Shown here in pieces: positions 1 to 10,156 of a stretch of DNA of 64,000 nt. The stretch spans positions 1-64,000 of IMG/VR virus record IMGVR_UViG_3300025930_000007, one strand, 5' to 3'. The position numbers and the translations under genes are program-made. A model generated the notes under the pieces. It did not search any database. It was not told where the DNA came from and saw only the letters and a list, made by a program, of their open reading frames with translations. How positions within the stretch are numbered: the stretch's first letter is position 1; every line of letters begins with the position of its first letter.

Positions 1-300
1 GGCTGCTGCCAGATGTTCTTCCTCCCCAACGGCACGCGCATCGTCGCGACGCTGTCGGGGATCCCGACGGGCGCGGGGGCGATCCGGATCAACACCGGCG
101 CCATCCTGGCGAACTACACGACGAAGGCGCGGCAGGGCTGCCTCTTCGGCGTCGGCGCCCTGGATGCCCAGCAGCAGGCCTATCCCGTGACGTACCCCTG
201 CCCGTCGACGTTCGGCGCGGCGCAGGCTCCCACCACGTCCCCGGCGGTCGCGCCGACGGGCGTGAGCTTCGGCCCGGCCTCGGGAGTCTCCGGGTCCTAA
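1..300 (+). CDS. 3' end of a hypothetical (probably structural) protein, open at the window edge
   Basis: Frame 1 is open from base 1 to TAA at 298-300 and is followed by a strong hairpin. Confidence 0.6.
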   Translation, partial: GCCQMFFLPNGTRIVATLSGIPTGAGAIRINTGAILANYTTKARQGCLFGVGALDAQQQAYPVTYPCPSTFGAAQAPTTSPAVAPTGVSFGPASGVSGS

Positions 301-325
301 GCTGATCCCAGCAATCCAGTCGATC

Positions 326-353
326 GGGGGAGGGCTCCTTCGGGAGCCCTCCC
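326..353 (+). terminator. Stable hairpin with C(UUCG)G loop, possible terminator or RNA stabiliser
   Basis: GGGGAGGGCTCC-TTCG-GGAGCCCTCCCC perfect stem; U-tract is weak. Confidence 0.5.
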
Positions 354-389
354 CACGGTCTTAACCCAAAAGCCGGACGGAGGCAGCCC

Positions 390-980
390 TTGGCCGAACT
401 TCCACAGTCCATTCTCTGCTACCCGATGTCCTTGGCGGACTACGCCAAGTACTGCTGCACGGGGCAGCTTCCGGCAAGCGTCAAGCACGCTCTTTCGCAG
501 GCGGCGCAGGATCCGGTTCTCAGGGCCATTCTCTGCGCGATGGAGATCGTCGGAGCGCTTGAACCTCTGTCCGCGACAAGACCAGGCGTTTGCGATCCGG
601 TGGTCTTCTTCACCCGGCAGATCACGCTGCCGGCCGCGACACTCAACCCGGACGGCTCGGTGACGCCGAGCGAAGCTCGAGTCATTTCGTTCTGCGCACC
701 GACCAACCGCGCGCTCGTGATTCAGAAGAGCCGGCTGAGCGCGGCCAACGACATCGCCGCCAATCAACCCGTTCCTCTCCCGATCTACAAGCGCGTCAAT
801 CTGGCGACGTTCGGAGAATGGTGCCTGCCCTTCGAGCCTGATAGCCTGCCGGGCGCCTTCGTGAATGTCGAGCACATCATCGTTCCTGCGGGCGCCGGAT
901 TCAGCATTTATACTCAGAACTGGAATCCCAACGGCGAAGCCGTCTTCTTCTACGAAGCTCGCTTCTGGGCTGCCTGCTGA
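390..980 (+). CDS. Hypothetical beta-rich protein, possible virion component
   Basis: 196-aa ORF, GGAGG upstream of TTG start. Confidence 0.6.
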   Translation: MAELPQSILCYPMSLADYAKYCCTGQLPASVKHALSQAAQDPVLRAILCAMEIVGALEPLSATRPGVCDPVVFFTRQITLPAATLNPDGSVTPSEARVISFCAPTNRALVIQKSRLSAANDIAANQPVPLPIYKRVNLATFGEWCLPFEPDSLPGAFVNVEHIIVPAGAGFSIYTQNWNPNGEAVFFYEARFWAAC

Positions 981-1000
981 TCCAGGCAATACTTTACTTC

Positions 1001-1104
1001 TTGCTACCGAGAGCTCCTTGAAGTAGACTTTGTAAGTCGAAGGTCTCCTCCCCCGGGATCTTCTTGATCCGTTAACGGATGTCCGCCCAAGGGAGAATCC
1101 CTTG
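1001..1104 (+). promoter_or_regulatory. Sigma70-type promoter plus conserved leader element, copy 1
   Basis: TTGCTA-17-TAGACT; hairpin GAAGGTCTC/CTCCCCC/GGGATCTTC; TCCGCCC at 1082-1088; SD and TTG start inside CCAAGGGA-GAA-TCCCTTGG hairpin. Confidence 0.8.
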
Positions 1105-3165
1105 GCCTCTCGCCTCCCAGACGGTTCCATTCAACTCTCCGATGGACGCATCGTCTACGCGAACTCCGTCATTTTGGGCGCTGATCTCTGCGAGATCGTG
1201 CCTCTGTGCGTTCCGCCGCCGGCGTGGCCCTTCGTTTCGGGTGGCGGCGGCGGTGGCGCGGGCCCGCAAGGCCCCGCGGGACCTGCAGGGTCGGGCGGCG
1301 GCGGTGCCGGCACGCAAGGCCAGCAGGGTTTCCAGGGAACAAATCCCGGACCTGCAGGACCGCAGGGTAATAACGGACCTCAGGGCTTCCAGGGCCTGGC
1401 AGGATCTGGAGCCCAGGGCCCTCAAGGTCTGCTTGGAAGCCAGGGAAATCAAGGGACTGCCGGAACCCAAGGCTTCCAGGGCCTGACCGGCGCCGGAGTT
1501 CAAGGCGCTCAGGGAAATCAGGGAACCGCGGGAACTCAGGGCTTCCAGGGCTTTCAAGGCGGCCTGAACCCCGACCTCTTCGCTTCGACCCGCATTGTCA
1601 GTTTGATCCCGGGAGAGGGGACAGATCTCACCATCTCTGCGGCTATCGCGGCATTGCCAGCCGCGGGCGGTGACATTTACGTCAAGCCCGGGACATATCC
1701 GATCGCAGCCTCGCTGGACTTCACCACCAAAGTGGTGAGGATCCGCGGCGCTGGGACCAGCATGAACTTCGCAACCGGACCTACGACACTGGTTCCTGCC
1801 GCAGGAATCTCGCTCTTCAAAAACGGCGCTGCGGGCTGCTCTATCGAGGACATGACCATTGAGGGAGACAACACCTCAGCCCAGGTCCTTTACGAGGGCA
1901 GCACCGATATCCGCTTCACCCGCATAGACTGCCACGATGTTGCGGGCATCATCAAGGGGACGCCTGAAGCCCTCTTCCGCGACTCCTTCGTGAACATCCC
2001 GAGCGGTCCTGCAGTCGGCGACCGGTTCTTCTGGCAGGGCGGCGCGGCCGGCGGGACGCTCATCTGGGACAATCTGGAAGTTTTCATCACCGGGTCGGGA
2101 GCGACCTTGATGAGCGGCGTCACGGCAGGCGCCAACGGTCCGACGTTCAAGGTCGTGAACTCCTACACCGGCGGCGGTGGCGGCGGCGGTGCGACGAACT
2201 TCTGGTTCGCCCAGGTCATCGACTGGGTCAACTTCGATTTCGACAATGGCCAGTTCGAGATCAGTGGCGCCCGGAACAACATCGTCAACTGCAACTTCCT
2301 GGACTGCTCGATCAAGTTCCTCGCCGTCTGGAACTTCGTCTCCAATTCCAACTTCTCCCAGGGCGGAACGAATGGCGGCGGCGGGATCTTCGATGCTCAG
2401 TTGTCCTTTGTCCAAAGCCTTGCCGGATTCCCGATCCAGAGCACCGTGACGGGGTGCAACTTCTACGGAAACGCTGTCTCCAACAAAGGTATCTCGATCA
2501 CGGGTCCCGCCGGTGCCTCGAGCGTTTCGGTGACGATCAGCGGCTGCAACTTCAGCAACCACACGCTGAACGACATCTACATCTCTGCCGGCCTGGACAT
2601 CATGATCACCGGATGCGTCTTCGACCACAGCACGGGAGCGAATGTCGACGCGATCGAGATCGTGGCTGGAGCGTCCTTCTCCGGCAGGGTCAATATCGTC
2701 GGGAATACCTTCGGAAGCGGCTATGCGCTTACCGTCAGTACCGCAGGGTTCAACGGCACCATCGCGAACAATATCAACCTTCTCACCGTATCCGACACAG
2801 GGAACGGCAACATCTGGACGGGCAATACAAATTTCGATCCCAGCGGAATCACCGGCAGCGCGGCATCAGACCTCATCAACGACACCAACGTCATCGGTCC
2901 AGTTGCGGCAGACACTCTTCTGAATCTTTTCTATCGGACTGTTACGGTAGACGCGAGCGGAGCTGCCCGGACCATCACGCTACCCACGGCCGCTTCCGCC
3001 AAGTGGCGGAAGTACATCATCAAGAAGGTCGATGCCTCGGCCAACACGGTTACCGTGGACGCGGACGGCGCCGAAACGATCGATGGCGCTCTGACATACG
3101 TTCTGATCGCGCAGTATCAGAGCGTCGAGATCCAGAGCGACGGTTCGACCTGGTGGATCATCTAG
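1102..3165 (+). CDS. Collagen-stalk fibre protein 1 with pectin-lyase-like beta-helix head
   Basis: Shared N-terminus MASRLPDGSIQ..PPPAWPF, G-X-Q repeats, 'AAIAALPAAGGDIYVKPGTY' tailspike-type motif, C-terminal 'TITLPTAA..KKVDASANTVTV..ETIDG' domain. Confidence 0.85.
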   Translation: MASRLPDGSIQLSDGRIVYANSVILGADLCEIVPLCVPPPAWPFVSGGGGGGAGPQGPAGPAGSGGGGAGTQGQQGFQGTNPGPAGPQGNNGPQGFQGLAGSGAQGPQGLLGSQGNQGTAGTQGFQGLTGAGVQGAQGNQGTAGTQGFQGFQGGLNPDLFASTRIVSLIPGEGTDLTISAAIAALPAAGGDIYVKPGTYPIAASLDFTTKVVRIRGAGTSMNFATGPTTLVPAAGISLFKNGAAGCSIEDMTIEGDNTSAQVLYEGSTDIRFTRIDCHDVAGIIKGTPEALFRDSFVNIPSGPAVGDRFFWQGGAAGGTLIWDNLEVFITGSGATLMSGVTAGANGPTFKVVNSYTGGGGGGGATNFWFAQVIDWVNFDFDNGQFEISGARNNIVNCNFLDCSIKFLAVWNFVSNSNFSQGGTNGGGGIFDAQLSFVQSLAGFPIQSTVTGCNFYGNAVSNKGISITGPAGASSVSVTISGCNFSNHTLNDIYISAGLDIMITGCVFDHSTGANVDAIEIVAGASFSGRVNIVGNTFGSGYALTVSTAGFNGTIANNINLLTVSDTGNGNIWTGNTNFDPSGITGSAASDLINDTNVIGPVAADTLLNLFYRTVTVDASGAARTITLPTAASAKWRKYIIKKVDASANTVTVDADGAETIDGALTYVLIAQYQSVEIQSDGSTWWII

Positions 3166-3175
3166 TGAGCGTGCG

Positions 3176-3955
3176 ATGAGTTTTCTTGAATCGAAGGTTA
3201 AAGGATCGATCGCGGTCGGCCGTGGGGATGGGGTAGGAATCCTTCCGGTTGGACCAGATGGCCAGGTCATTATAGCCGACAGCACTCAGCCTCTGGGAGT
3301 CAAGTACGGTAACAATGCCAGCGCCGTTGCAATGTCCATGGAGTCCCTCGCCCTCACGCAATACTTCTCAAATCTCGGGCTCAAGCCAAGCGTGCAGATC
3401 AAGTCCATGACGGAATCTCTGGACACGTTCGATGGCGTGTCCGGGGCCGGCGTGTTCAGCTATGACGGATCTCGCGCCAAGGAGACCGCCATCGCGTCGA
3501 CGTATGCCCGCTATGGTCTTGGTGCCGCGTACACGAAACTGTTGATGATCGTCGGAATGTTTCGCATGTCCACGGCAAACATGGGCATCTGGATCGCCGA
3601 CACGCTTGCGGCAAACGTACCGCAGGACGGAAATATATTCCTGAACGAGATGAACACCAATCGGACATCTCTTTATAAGCTTCCTGCTTTCTCGAACGTG
3701 ACATCGGATACGGATGTCAGCAGCACCCCGCAAACGTGGGCGCCGTACCCGATGATGGCAATTCACGTTGACCTGTCCCTGGCAACGCGCCGGATTCGCT
3801 GCTACTACCGTTGGAACGCCGAAATGTGGTGGCCTGTTCTCGACGTCGCGGACAATACGAAGATCGCCATTACGCAGATGCAGCACGCAGGCGTGCAGTT
3901 CAATTCGGGTCCAGGATTTGTCGGGTGCCCATTTGGAATTTGGGCTGACCTGTAA
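3176..3955 (+). CDS. Fibre-associated protein
   Basis: N-terminal 'KGSIAV..LPVGPDGQVIIADS' resembles a recurrent phage fibre repeat. Confidence 0.65.
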   Translation: MSFLESKVKGSIAVGRGDGVGILPVGPDGQVIIADSTQPLGVKYGNNASAVAMSMESLALTQYFSNLGLKPSVQIKSMTESLDTFDGVSGAGVFSYDGSRAKETAIASTYARYGLGAAYTKLLMIVGMFRMSTANMGIWIADTLAANVPQDGNIFLNEMNTNRTSLYKLPAFSNVTSDTDVSSTPQTWAPYPMMAIHVDLSLATRRIRCYYRWNAEMWWPVLDVADNTKIAITQMQHAGVQFNSGPGFVGCPFGIWADL

Positions 3956-4002
3956 GAAAATTCTGGTACCGGAACGACAAGATGAAGGCAGTGTTATCTC
4001 GC

Positions 4003-4111
4003 TTGCATTCCATCCGGTCATACACTAGAATTTCCTAGTCGGAGGTCTCCTCCCCCCCCTGAGGCCTCCCTGATTTCGAACTGTCGATCCGCCCCCGACC
4101 GGGGTTTCATG
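4003..4111 (+). promoter_or_regulatory. Promoter plus conserved leader element, copy 2
   Basis: TTGCAT-17-TAGAAT; hairpin GGAGGTCTC/C-rich loop/GAGGCCTCC; TCCGCCC at 4088-4094. Confidence 0.8.
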
Positions 4112-5077
4112 GCGATCAGGCTACCGGACGGCTCCATCCAGATGTCGGATGGGCGTATCATCTACGCCAATTCCATCATTCTCGCAAATGATCTGATCGA
4201 ACTCCTTCCGCTACTCATACCTCCGCCGGCGTGGCCTTTCGTCTCCGGCGGCGGTGGCGGCGGCCCAGGTCCTCAGGGGCCCGCGGGTCCCGCGGGCAGC
4301 GGCGGCGGGGGTGGCGGCGGGAGCCAGGGCACCCAAGGGTTCCAGGGAACAAATCCTGGAGTACAAGGACCTCAAGGGTTTTCCGGCGCGGCTGGAACGC
4401 AAGGCAGTCAGGGAAATCAAGGCTTCACTGGAACCGGCGCTCAAGGATTCCAAGGCCTCGGAGGTCCGCAGGGAAATCAAGGCCTCGTTGGATCTGGAGC
4501 ACAAGGAAACCAAGGCGATGAAGGGCCTCAGGGCAATCAAGGCCCTGGTGGTGCGGCCGGCGGTCCTCAAGGCAATCAAGGTCCTCAAGGCCCTCAAGGC
4601 ATCGCCGGGGTTCAGGGACCCCAGGGCTTCCAAGGATTCCAGGGCACCGGAGTCCAGGGACCACAGGGCATTCTTGGCACTCAGGGGAATCAGGGCTTCC
4701 AGGGAACCAGCGGAGCTGGCGCCGCAGCAATCTTCCAGAATGTCCAGGAAAACACACTTACCACGACGGATGCAACACCCACCGTCATTCTATCCGAGAC
4801 TATTGCGGCCGCGACAGTTGGAACTTTCCGAGTCGTGGTCGATGCTCGCTATGATGACGGATCTCTGCATGCAAGCTTCGTAAAGACAGTGAAGGTCGTG
4901 CGTGAAGGGGCCGGCGCGATTCTCGGAACGGAGAATTCCGACTATACCGACGATGAGAGCCTGGCGCTCACCGCAACGTTCACCGTTTCAGGGAACGACA
5001 TCCAAGTCACGGTGATCGGCGTCGCGGCGACCAGCATTACCTGGAAAGCGAGGATGGGTAGAGTCAATCTACCCTGA
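4109..5077 (+). CDS. Collagen-stalk fibre protein 2 with short beta-rich head
   Basis: Shared N-terminal anchor, long G-X-Q run, about 115-aa C-terminal domain. Confidence 0.85.
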   Translation: MAIRLPDGSIQMSDGRIIYANSIILANDLIELLPLLIPPPAWPFVSGGGGGGPGPQGPAGPAGSGGGGGGGSQGTQGFQGTNPGVQGPQGFSGAAGTQGSQGNQGFTGTGAQGFQGLGGPQGNQGLVGSGAQGNQGDEGPQGNQGPGGAAGGPQGNQGPQGPQGIAGVQGPQGFQGFQGTGVQGPQGILGTQGNQGFQGTSGAGAAAIFQNVQENTLTTTDATPTVILSETIAAATVGTFRVVVDARYDDGSLHASFVKTVKVVREGAGAILGTENSDYTDDESLALTATFTVSGNDIQVTVIGVAATSITWKARMGRVNLP

Positions 5078-5083
5078 TGAAAT

Positions 5084-5326
5084 ATGGCAGTAATCGCACA
5101 GATCACGATCGGGCACATCCGCATTCTGGATGTAAACGCAAACCCGAATGGATCCGTGTCCGCGCCTAAAGGTAGCCTTGCTTCCGATGAGGTTGCAGCA
5201 ATCCTTTACATCAACACCGACGGAGCAATGGCCTGGTCACAGGTTTCTGGGGCATCCTCTCTGGATCCTCGGGATGTCTTCCGCTTCAGCATGTTCCATA
5301 ACGTCGGCGTGACGGGAGGCGGCTAA
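5084..5326 (+). CDS. Small fibre-associated protein
   Basis: 'PNGSVSAPKGSLA..LYINTDG..W' motif; tightly coupled to neighbours. Confidence 0.6.
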   Translation: MAVIAQITIGHIRILDVNANPNGSVSAPKGSLASDEVAAILYINTDGAMAWSQVSGASSLDPRDVFRFSMFHNVGVTGGG

Positions 5327-5655
5327 TGCCTATAGTTGCTCTTAATCTTACTCCTGGCCTTCTAGGGACAGCAGAGACAAATCTGTTCGCCGCGATCCCG
5401 GTGGGCCATGAGTACGATCTACCCGTGATCCGTTTCGTGAACAATGACCCGTTGAACTCGCACCAGCTCAGAATCTGGAACAAAGTGGGTGCTGGCGCGG
5501 GGACGAACGCGGACATCGAGTCGATGCTGTCGATCCAGCCGCAGTCGACCTACGAACACGGGCCGCTCGCGCTTCCGGCCGGCCGCGTGATTTCGGTTGC
5601 TGCGGATGAGGCCGGATTCATTAGTTGCCGTCCTACGGGCTGGGATATCACGTAA
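5326..5655 (+). CDS. Small beta-rich structural protein
   Basis: TAATG overlap with the upstream gene, GGAGG SD. Confidence 0.65.
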   Translation: MPIVALNLTPGLLGTAETNLFAAIPVGHEYDLPVIRFVNNDPLNSHQLRIWNKVGAGAGTNADIESMLSIQPQSTYEHGPLALPAGRVISVAADEAGFISCRPTGWDIT

Positions 5656-5670
5656 GGAAGGGGAAATTAG

Positions 5671-5973
5671 ATGGGATTCAAACTTTATTCGGACCAGTTC
5701 TCGGATCTGCCGATGCTGGCCTGCGATGTCTGCGGGGAGAGAATCATCGACATCTGGAATGACCAGGCGACGGGATCTCCCGGACGCGACGGCCAGACGA
5801 CGGATGTCGTCATTCATCATGCAAGCCATGTGGTTACAGGCACGGTCACTATGGCCCTGGTCGATTTCATCCGTCTTTTCATCATCCAGAGTAGACCGGG
5901 CAACCTCGGCTCGGATGGCCAGCACGACCATGTGGACGTGCAATATCCGATGGGAGGGAGGTTCGAAGCATGA
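5671..5973 (+). CDS. Hypothetical protein with CxxC
   Basis: SD present; CDVC motif. Confidence 0.6.
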   Translation: MGFKLYSDQFSDLPMLACDVCGERIIDIWNDQATGSPGRDGQTTDVVIHHASHVVTGTVTMALVDFIRLFIIQSRPGNLGSDGQHDHVDVQYPMGGRFEA

Positions 5974-6086
5974 GCACGATGATCATCAGTCCAATCGTCA
6001 TCATCGATACTTCCTCGGCAAATCCTCAGATCGTCGAGCAGAGCGCTGGAACAGTCGGGGTGGCGATCTCCGTGATGGTGGTGTAG
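5970..6086 (+). CDS. Very small hypothetical protein (38 aa)
   Basis: ATGA overlap with upstream stop, GGGAGG SD, fills the gap exactly. Confidence 0.4.
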   Translation: MSTMIISPIVIIDTSSANPQIVEQSAGTVGVAISVMVV

Positions 6087-6087
6087 G

Positions 6088-6441
6088 ATGAGTAAATTCG
6101 TTCCGGATCCACAGATTCAGTCGCTCAAGGCGATGCGAGCCGGAGATATCGCCATCGCACTACCGACGCCATTGATAATGACGATCGGGACATCGGCTGT
6201 AGCGAGTCCGCAGCCTGTCCAGAACACTTCAATTACCGTGGTGCCCGCGGTGCCAAGCACGGAGGCCCTTGCAGGGACGCCGTCGGAAAGCCCGGTGGTA
6301 TCCAGCGCTTTCGCGACTGTTCTTTCAGCAGACCAAACTCAATCGGTAAGCGCAAGCGCAGTCGATTCTCTGGAAACGCTGGCCGGCACCCCTTCGGAGT
6401 CTCCCGTGGTTGGCGTCGCAACTGGAACTTCAGTCGTCTAA
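6088..6441 (+). CDS. Ser/Thr/Pro/Val-rich protein with an internal repeat (LAGTPSESPVV twice)
   Basis: Repeat visible in the translation. Confidence 0.6.
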   Translation: MSKFVPDPQIQSLKAMRAGDIAIALPTPLIMTIGTSAVASPQPVQNTSITVVPAVPSTEALAGTPSESPVVSSAFATVLSADQTQSVSASAVDSLETLAGTPSESPVVGVATGTSVV

Positions 6442-6454
6442 GGAGGAATTGATC

Positions 6455-7174
6455 ATGTCGACCGTCTATCTGAGGCAGTTTCCCGGGAAACGGCGCTTCC
6501 AGCGTGTCACGAAAGATGACTGGGATGCCCCGCTCCCTCACAAAGACATCGCAGGATTCGGACACATCCTGCGTCTCGAAGCAGACGTGCGTGTCTGGTC
6601 GCCTGACGGCGAACTCCAGATCGCCAGGAAGTGGCCTTCCAAGTCGTATATCCGGAATTTCGCCCGCATCCTGCGTAACACGTTCGGAGAAAATGTTCAG
6701 TTGGTGGACCGTACCGGGGGTGTTCGTACGGTCGCGCTCAACAACAACCCTGGCGTCGGAGCCGTAGGCCTGATCCCGCAGATCCTCCAGGAAACAGTGA
6801 GTGCCGGATCTTCGGGGAATCCGGACGACGCCGGCGCTGCGATGGCGATCGGCAACGGGGTCGCCGCTGAAGTTCATACGCGCAATGATCTTGTGAGCCG
6901 GGTTGGCGGGATTTATGGTGCTCGTCAGAACCTGGTCACCACGGTACTCAATACGGCGACCACGACCCTCCAGGTGACCACGGGCATCACGAATGGCACG
7001 GCGGCCTCCGTCAACATCACGGAAATCGGGATGTTCCTCTTCGCGATGACGACGGGCGTGGCCGCCTCCGTCGTTCCTTTCTCGACGCTGCTCGCCTATG
7101 ACGGTATCACGAGCACCCCGGTCGCGGCCGGCGGTGTGATCGCGCCGCGGTACACCATGGACTTCCCGATGTAA
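6455..7174 (+). CDS. Structural protein resembling phage tail-collar/baseplate fibre-attachment domains
   Basis: AAGGAGG SD before ATG 6455; 'MAIGNG..TEIGMF' pattern; paralog of the next gene. Confidence 0.65.
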   Translation: MSTVYLRQFPGKRRFQRVTKDDWDAPLPHKDIAGFGHILRLEADVRVWSPDGELQIARKWPSKSYIRNFARILRNTFGENVQLVDRTGGVRTVALNNNPGVGAVGLIPQILQETVSAGSSGNPDDAGAAMAIGNGVAAEVHTRNDLVSRVGGIYGARQNLVTTVLNTATTTLQVTTGITNGTAASVNITEIGMFLFAMTTGVAASVVPFSTLLAYDGITSTPVAAGGVIAPRYTMDFPM

Positions 7175-7201
7175 GTCTTTGAAATAAAGAGGAAGAAAAC
7201 A

Positions 7202-7954
7202 ATGAACAGCAAAAATGTGATCTTGAAGCCCGAGAAGGCGATCATCATGCCGGAGGACATTCCTCTGAAGGAAGCGATCCACCTGGGTCTGGCGACCCCG
7301 GCACGCCGGTCTGGCAGGAAGATGATTCCCGCTACACCAGCAGGAATGGGCGTCTTCGCGAAGTTCGCGATCCAGGTCCTGGACAAGAATGGCAAGGCTG
7401 TTGCCTTCCGTCATCCCGTCACCGGGAAGATGGTCAAGAAGATGGAACGGCCGGTCCATTCCTTCAATCGGAACTTCGGATTCTGGATCCGCGGCTTTCT
7501 CCAAAACGTCGACAGCGCACTCAATCTGAACGAAACGCTGACCGACGACGCCGGTGCTTCCTTCCTCTGCCGACTGAAGTCGGGTCTAACCAGCGGTTCT
7601 CAGTCGATCCTCACGGGCGCGGCGAAGATCAAGTTCGGGAACTCGAATGCTGCGCTGCTGACCACTCAGTTCAACCTTCAGGGCACGCTCCTGGGGGCTG
7701 TGACTGAAGCCGCTGTCGTGACGGCTCTCGTCGTCGAGGACTCGGTGCAGACGATCTTTACCTGCACCGGGCAGATCACCAATACGACCGGCGGAAGCTT
7801 CACGGTCCAGGAAATGGGCCTTTTCCCAGAGCTGAACGGATCGACGGGAACGACGAACAACACGACGATGATGCTGCGCGACCTCACCGGCGCGGTGGTC
7901 GTGAACAACGGCCAGACGATCATCGGCACCTATACCTTCACGATCGCGGTTTAA
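7202..7954 (+). CDS. Paralog of the preceding structural protein
   Basis: 'SFNRNF..IKFGNS..QEMGLF' aligns with 'SYIRNF..MAIGNG..TEIGMF'. Confidence 0.65.
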   Translation: MNSKNVILKPEKAIIMPEDIPLKEAIHLGLATPARRSGRKMIPATPAGMGVFAKFAIQVLDKNGKAVAFRHPVTGKMVKKMERPVHSFNRNFGFWIRGFLQNVDSALNLNETLTDDAGASFLCRLKSGLTSGSQSILTGAAKIKFGNSNAALLTTQFNLQGTLLGAVTEAAVVTALVVEDSVQTIFTCTGQITNTTGGSFTVQEMGLFPELNGSTGTTNNTTMMLRDLTGAVVVNNGQTIIGTYTFTIAV

Positions 7955-7994
7955 GCTAGAAGGAGGGGGCGGCATTTCCGCCCCCTCCTTTAGC
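7955..7994 (+). terminator. Long hairpin, probable terminator
   Basis: GCTAGAAGGAGGGGGCGG..CCGCCCCCTCCTTTAGC inverted repeat right after the stop. Confidence 0.6.
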
Positions 7995-8008
7995 TCACAT
8001 TATTCCTC

Positions 8009-8113
8009 TTGCTGTAAAGCTTGATGCCCTGTAGAATCTCCTAGTCGGAGGTCTCCTCCCCCGGGACCTTCTGGATCCTGTAAACGGACGTCCGCCCAAG
8101 GGAGATTCCCTTG
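8009..8113 (+). promoter_or_regulatory. Promoter plus conserved leader element, copy 3
   Basis: TTGCTG-17-TAGAAT; GGAGGTCTC/CTCCCCC/GGGACCTTC; TCCGCCC at 8091-8097; SD and TTG in a hairpin. Confidence 0.8.
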
Positions 8114-10156
8114 GCTTCTCGTCTACCAGACGGCTCAATTCAGCTCTCCGACGGCCGCATCGTCTACGCCAACTCTCTCATCCTTGGCGCTGATCTCTGC
8201 GAGATCGTGCCTCTGTGCGTTCCGCCGCCGGCGTGGCCCTTCGTCTCGGGCGGCGGCGGCGGCGGCGCGGGCCCGCAAGGCCCTGCGGGACCTGCAGGAT
8301 CTGGCGGCGGCGGTGCCGGAACTCAAGGGCAACAGGGCTTCCAGGGGACGAATCCTGGACCTGCAGGTCCGCAGGGAAATAATGGGCCTCAGGGCTTTCA
8401 AGGCTTGGCAGGATCTGGAACCCAGGGCTTCCAGGGAAGCAGTGGGCTTCAGGGAAATCAGGGAAACCAAGGTCTCACTGGAAGTCAGGGAAACCAGGGG
8501 AACCAGGGGAATGCCGGCGCTCAGGGCAATCAGGGAAATCAAGGAACCGCGGGAACCCAGGGCTTCCAGGGATTCCAAGGCCCATCGAATGCTGGTGCCG
8601 ATATCTTCGCAGCCACTCGCGTGGTCAGTCTCATTCCTGGCGATGGAACGGATCTGACCATTGCCGCGGCGATCGCGGCGCTGCCGGCTGAAGGCGGCTA
8701 CATCTACGTCAAGCAGGGGACCTATCCACAGGCCGCGACGTTGACGATGCCGGACAAACCCGTCATCATCAGGGGCTCGGGCGATGGCACCGTCATCTCT
8801 CTCGGCGCGAACGCCATCCCGGCGTTCACGATTCCCACTGGCTTGAGCGTCCGGCGCGACTATGTGTTCGAAAACATGCTCGTCACTGGCACCTCGGTTG
8901 CCAATCAAAAGATCTGGAGCATCGAGGATGCCAATGGCTTCGGTGTGGTCAGGGCGAGCCATGTAAACTCCACGGAAATCCAGTTCCCCATCCACATCAC
9001 GGACGGCTTCGGAACCGAGATTACGACCGTCTGCCTGGACGACTGCCACTTCCGCTTGCTGGCCGATGGATCGAGCATCCTGGTCAATCAACCAGCGCTC
9101 ACGGCCGTGCCCACGAACGTGTGGATGCAGCGCGTCTGGTTCTATACCGAATACTCCGATGCGATCACTGGAGCGCTTACCAGCGATGCTGTCTTTGCCA
9201 CAAGCATCAACTTCCTGGGAGAAGATTGCGTTCTGGCCATCGGCACGAGCTCGATTGTCGGGTGCTTGAATCTTACGGACAGCCATATCTTCAACTTCGG
9301 CCCGGGCGCGAACCCGGTCATCTCAGTATTTGGCGATGACTTCGGCATCATCCCCGACTGCCTCGTAGGCTGCAGCGGTCAGTTCGTCAACTTCAGCTTG
9401 GAAGGAAACGGCTGCGCCGTGATTGGCGGCAGGTATCGCTCCTGCAGTTTCACGGATGGAGCGATCAGCTTCTTCACGGACATATTCTTCTTCACTGATC
9501 TTACGGTGGAGTCGGCCGTCATCATCGGCACCGGCAATACATTCATCAAAGGCTGCGAGTTCACGAACAAGGGCACAACCTTCGTCCTGGACGGGAACTT
9601 TGCATCCATCGTCGGTTGCGAGTTCTCTCTGATCAGCTATGTCGGGCTGACCTCCGTCATCCGGACTACGAATGGTACCGCGAAGATCGCCGACAACCGC
9701 TTCGTGGCGAACACGGTGCCGGCGATCCTGGAAGCTGGTGCCATCTCCACGAACAATATCGACAATAACCGGTGGGCTACCAATCCGACGCTTCTGAATG
9801 ATTCCGACGCGGTCGTGAACGGCTTCAAGCGGAAGAACATCACTGGCGGCGCGACCGTAGATGCCTTGACGGCGGTCTTTACGCACGTAAATGACAAAGG
9901 TTTGGCCGGGGCAGGAAGCCTCAAGAACACTGGCGCGAATGACCTGACGGTCAGACGGACCGTGACCGACGGTTACGGAACGACCGACTTCCAGGAAGAT
10001 GTGGTTCTGTCGGGCGCGTCGATTCAATGGCCCATGGACACCGCCATCGGGACGGCGTTCTCAGCGTATGTGTCCTTCACGATCTCCGTCAAGTCGACCA
10101 CGCCGGGGAGTCCGACGACCTATGATCTCAGGCACTCTTCGACGGGAGCATACTGA
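8111..10156 (+). CDS. Collagen-stalk fibre protein 3, beta-helix head plus C-terminal 'KNTGAN' domain
   Basis: Shared anchor, G-X-Q repeats, 'IYVKQGTY' motif. Confidence 0.85.
   Translation: MASRLPDGSIQLSDGRIVYANSLILGADLCEIVPLCVPPPAWPFVSGGGGGGAGPQGPAGPAGSGGGGAGTQGQQGFQGTNPGPAGPQGNNGPQGFQGLAGSGTQGFQGSSGLQGNQGNQGLTGSQGNQGNQGNAGAQGNQGNQGTAGTQGFQGFQGPSNAGADIFAATRVVSLIPGDGTDLTIAAAIAALPAEGGYIYVKQGTYPQAATLTMPDKPVIIRGSGDGTVISLGANAIPAFTIPTGLSVRRDYVFENMLVTGTSVANQKIWSIEDANGFGVVRASHVNSTEIQFPIHITDGFGTEITTVCLDDCHFRLLADGSSILVNQPALTAVPTNVWMQRVWFYTEYSDAITGALTSDAVFATSINFLGEDCVLAIGTSSIVGCLNLTDSHIFNFGPGANPVISVFGDDFGIIPDCLVGCSGQFVNFSLEGNGCAVIGGRYRSCSFTDGAISFFTDIFFFTDLTVESAVIIGTGNTFIKGCEFTNKGTTFVLDGNFASIVGCEFSLISYVGLTSVIRTTNGTAKIADNRFVANTVPAILEAGAISTNNIDNNRWATNPTLLNDSDAVVNGFKRKNITGGATVDALTAVFTHVNDKGLAGAGSLKNTGANDLTVRRTVTDGYGTTDFQEDVVLSGASIQWPMDTAIGTAFSAYVSFTISVKSTTPGSPTTYDLRHSSTGAY

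Noticed and set aside
7955-7994. TCCGCCCCCTCC as a tenth copy of the leader element
   Set aside because: It is one arm of a terminator-like hairpin with no upstream promoter or UCCCC-loop hairpin
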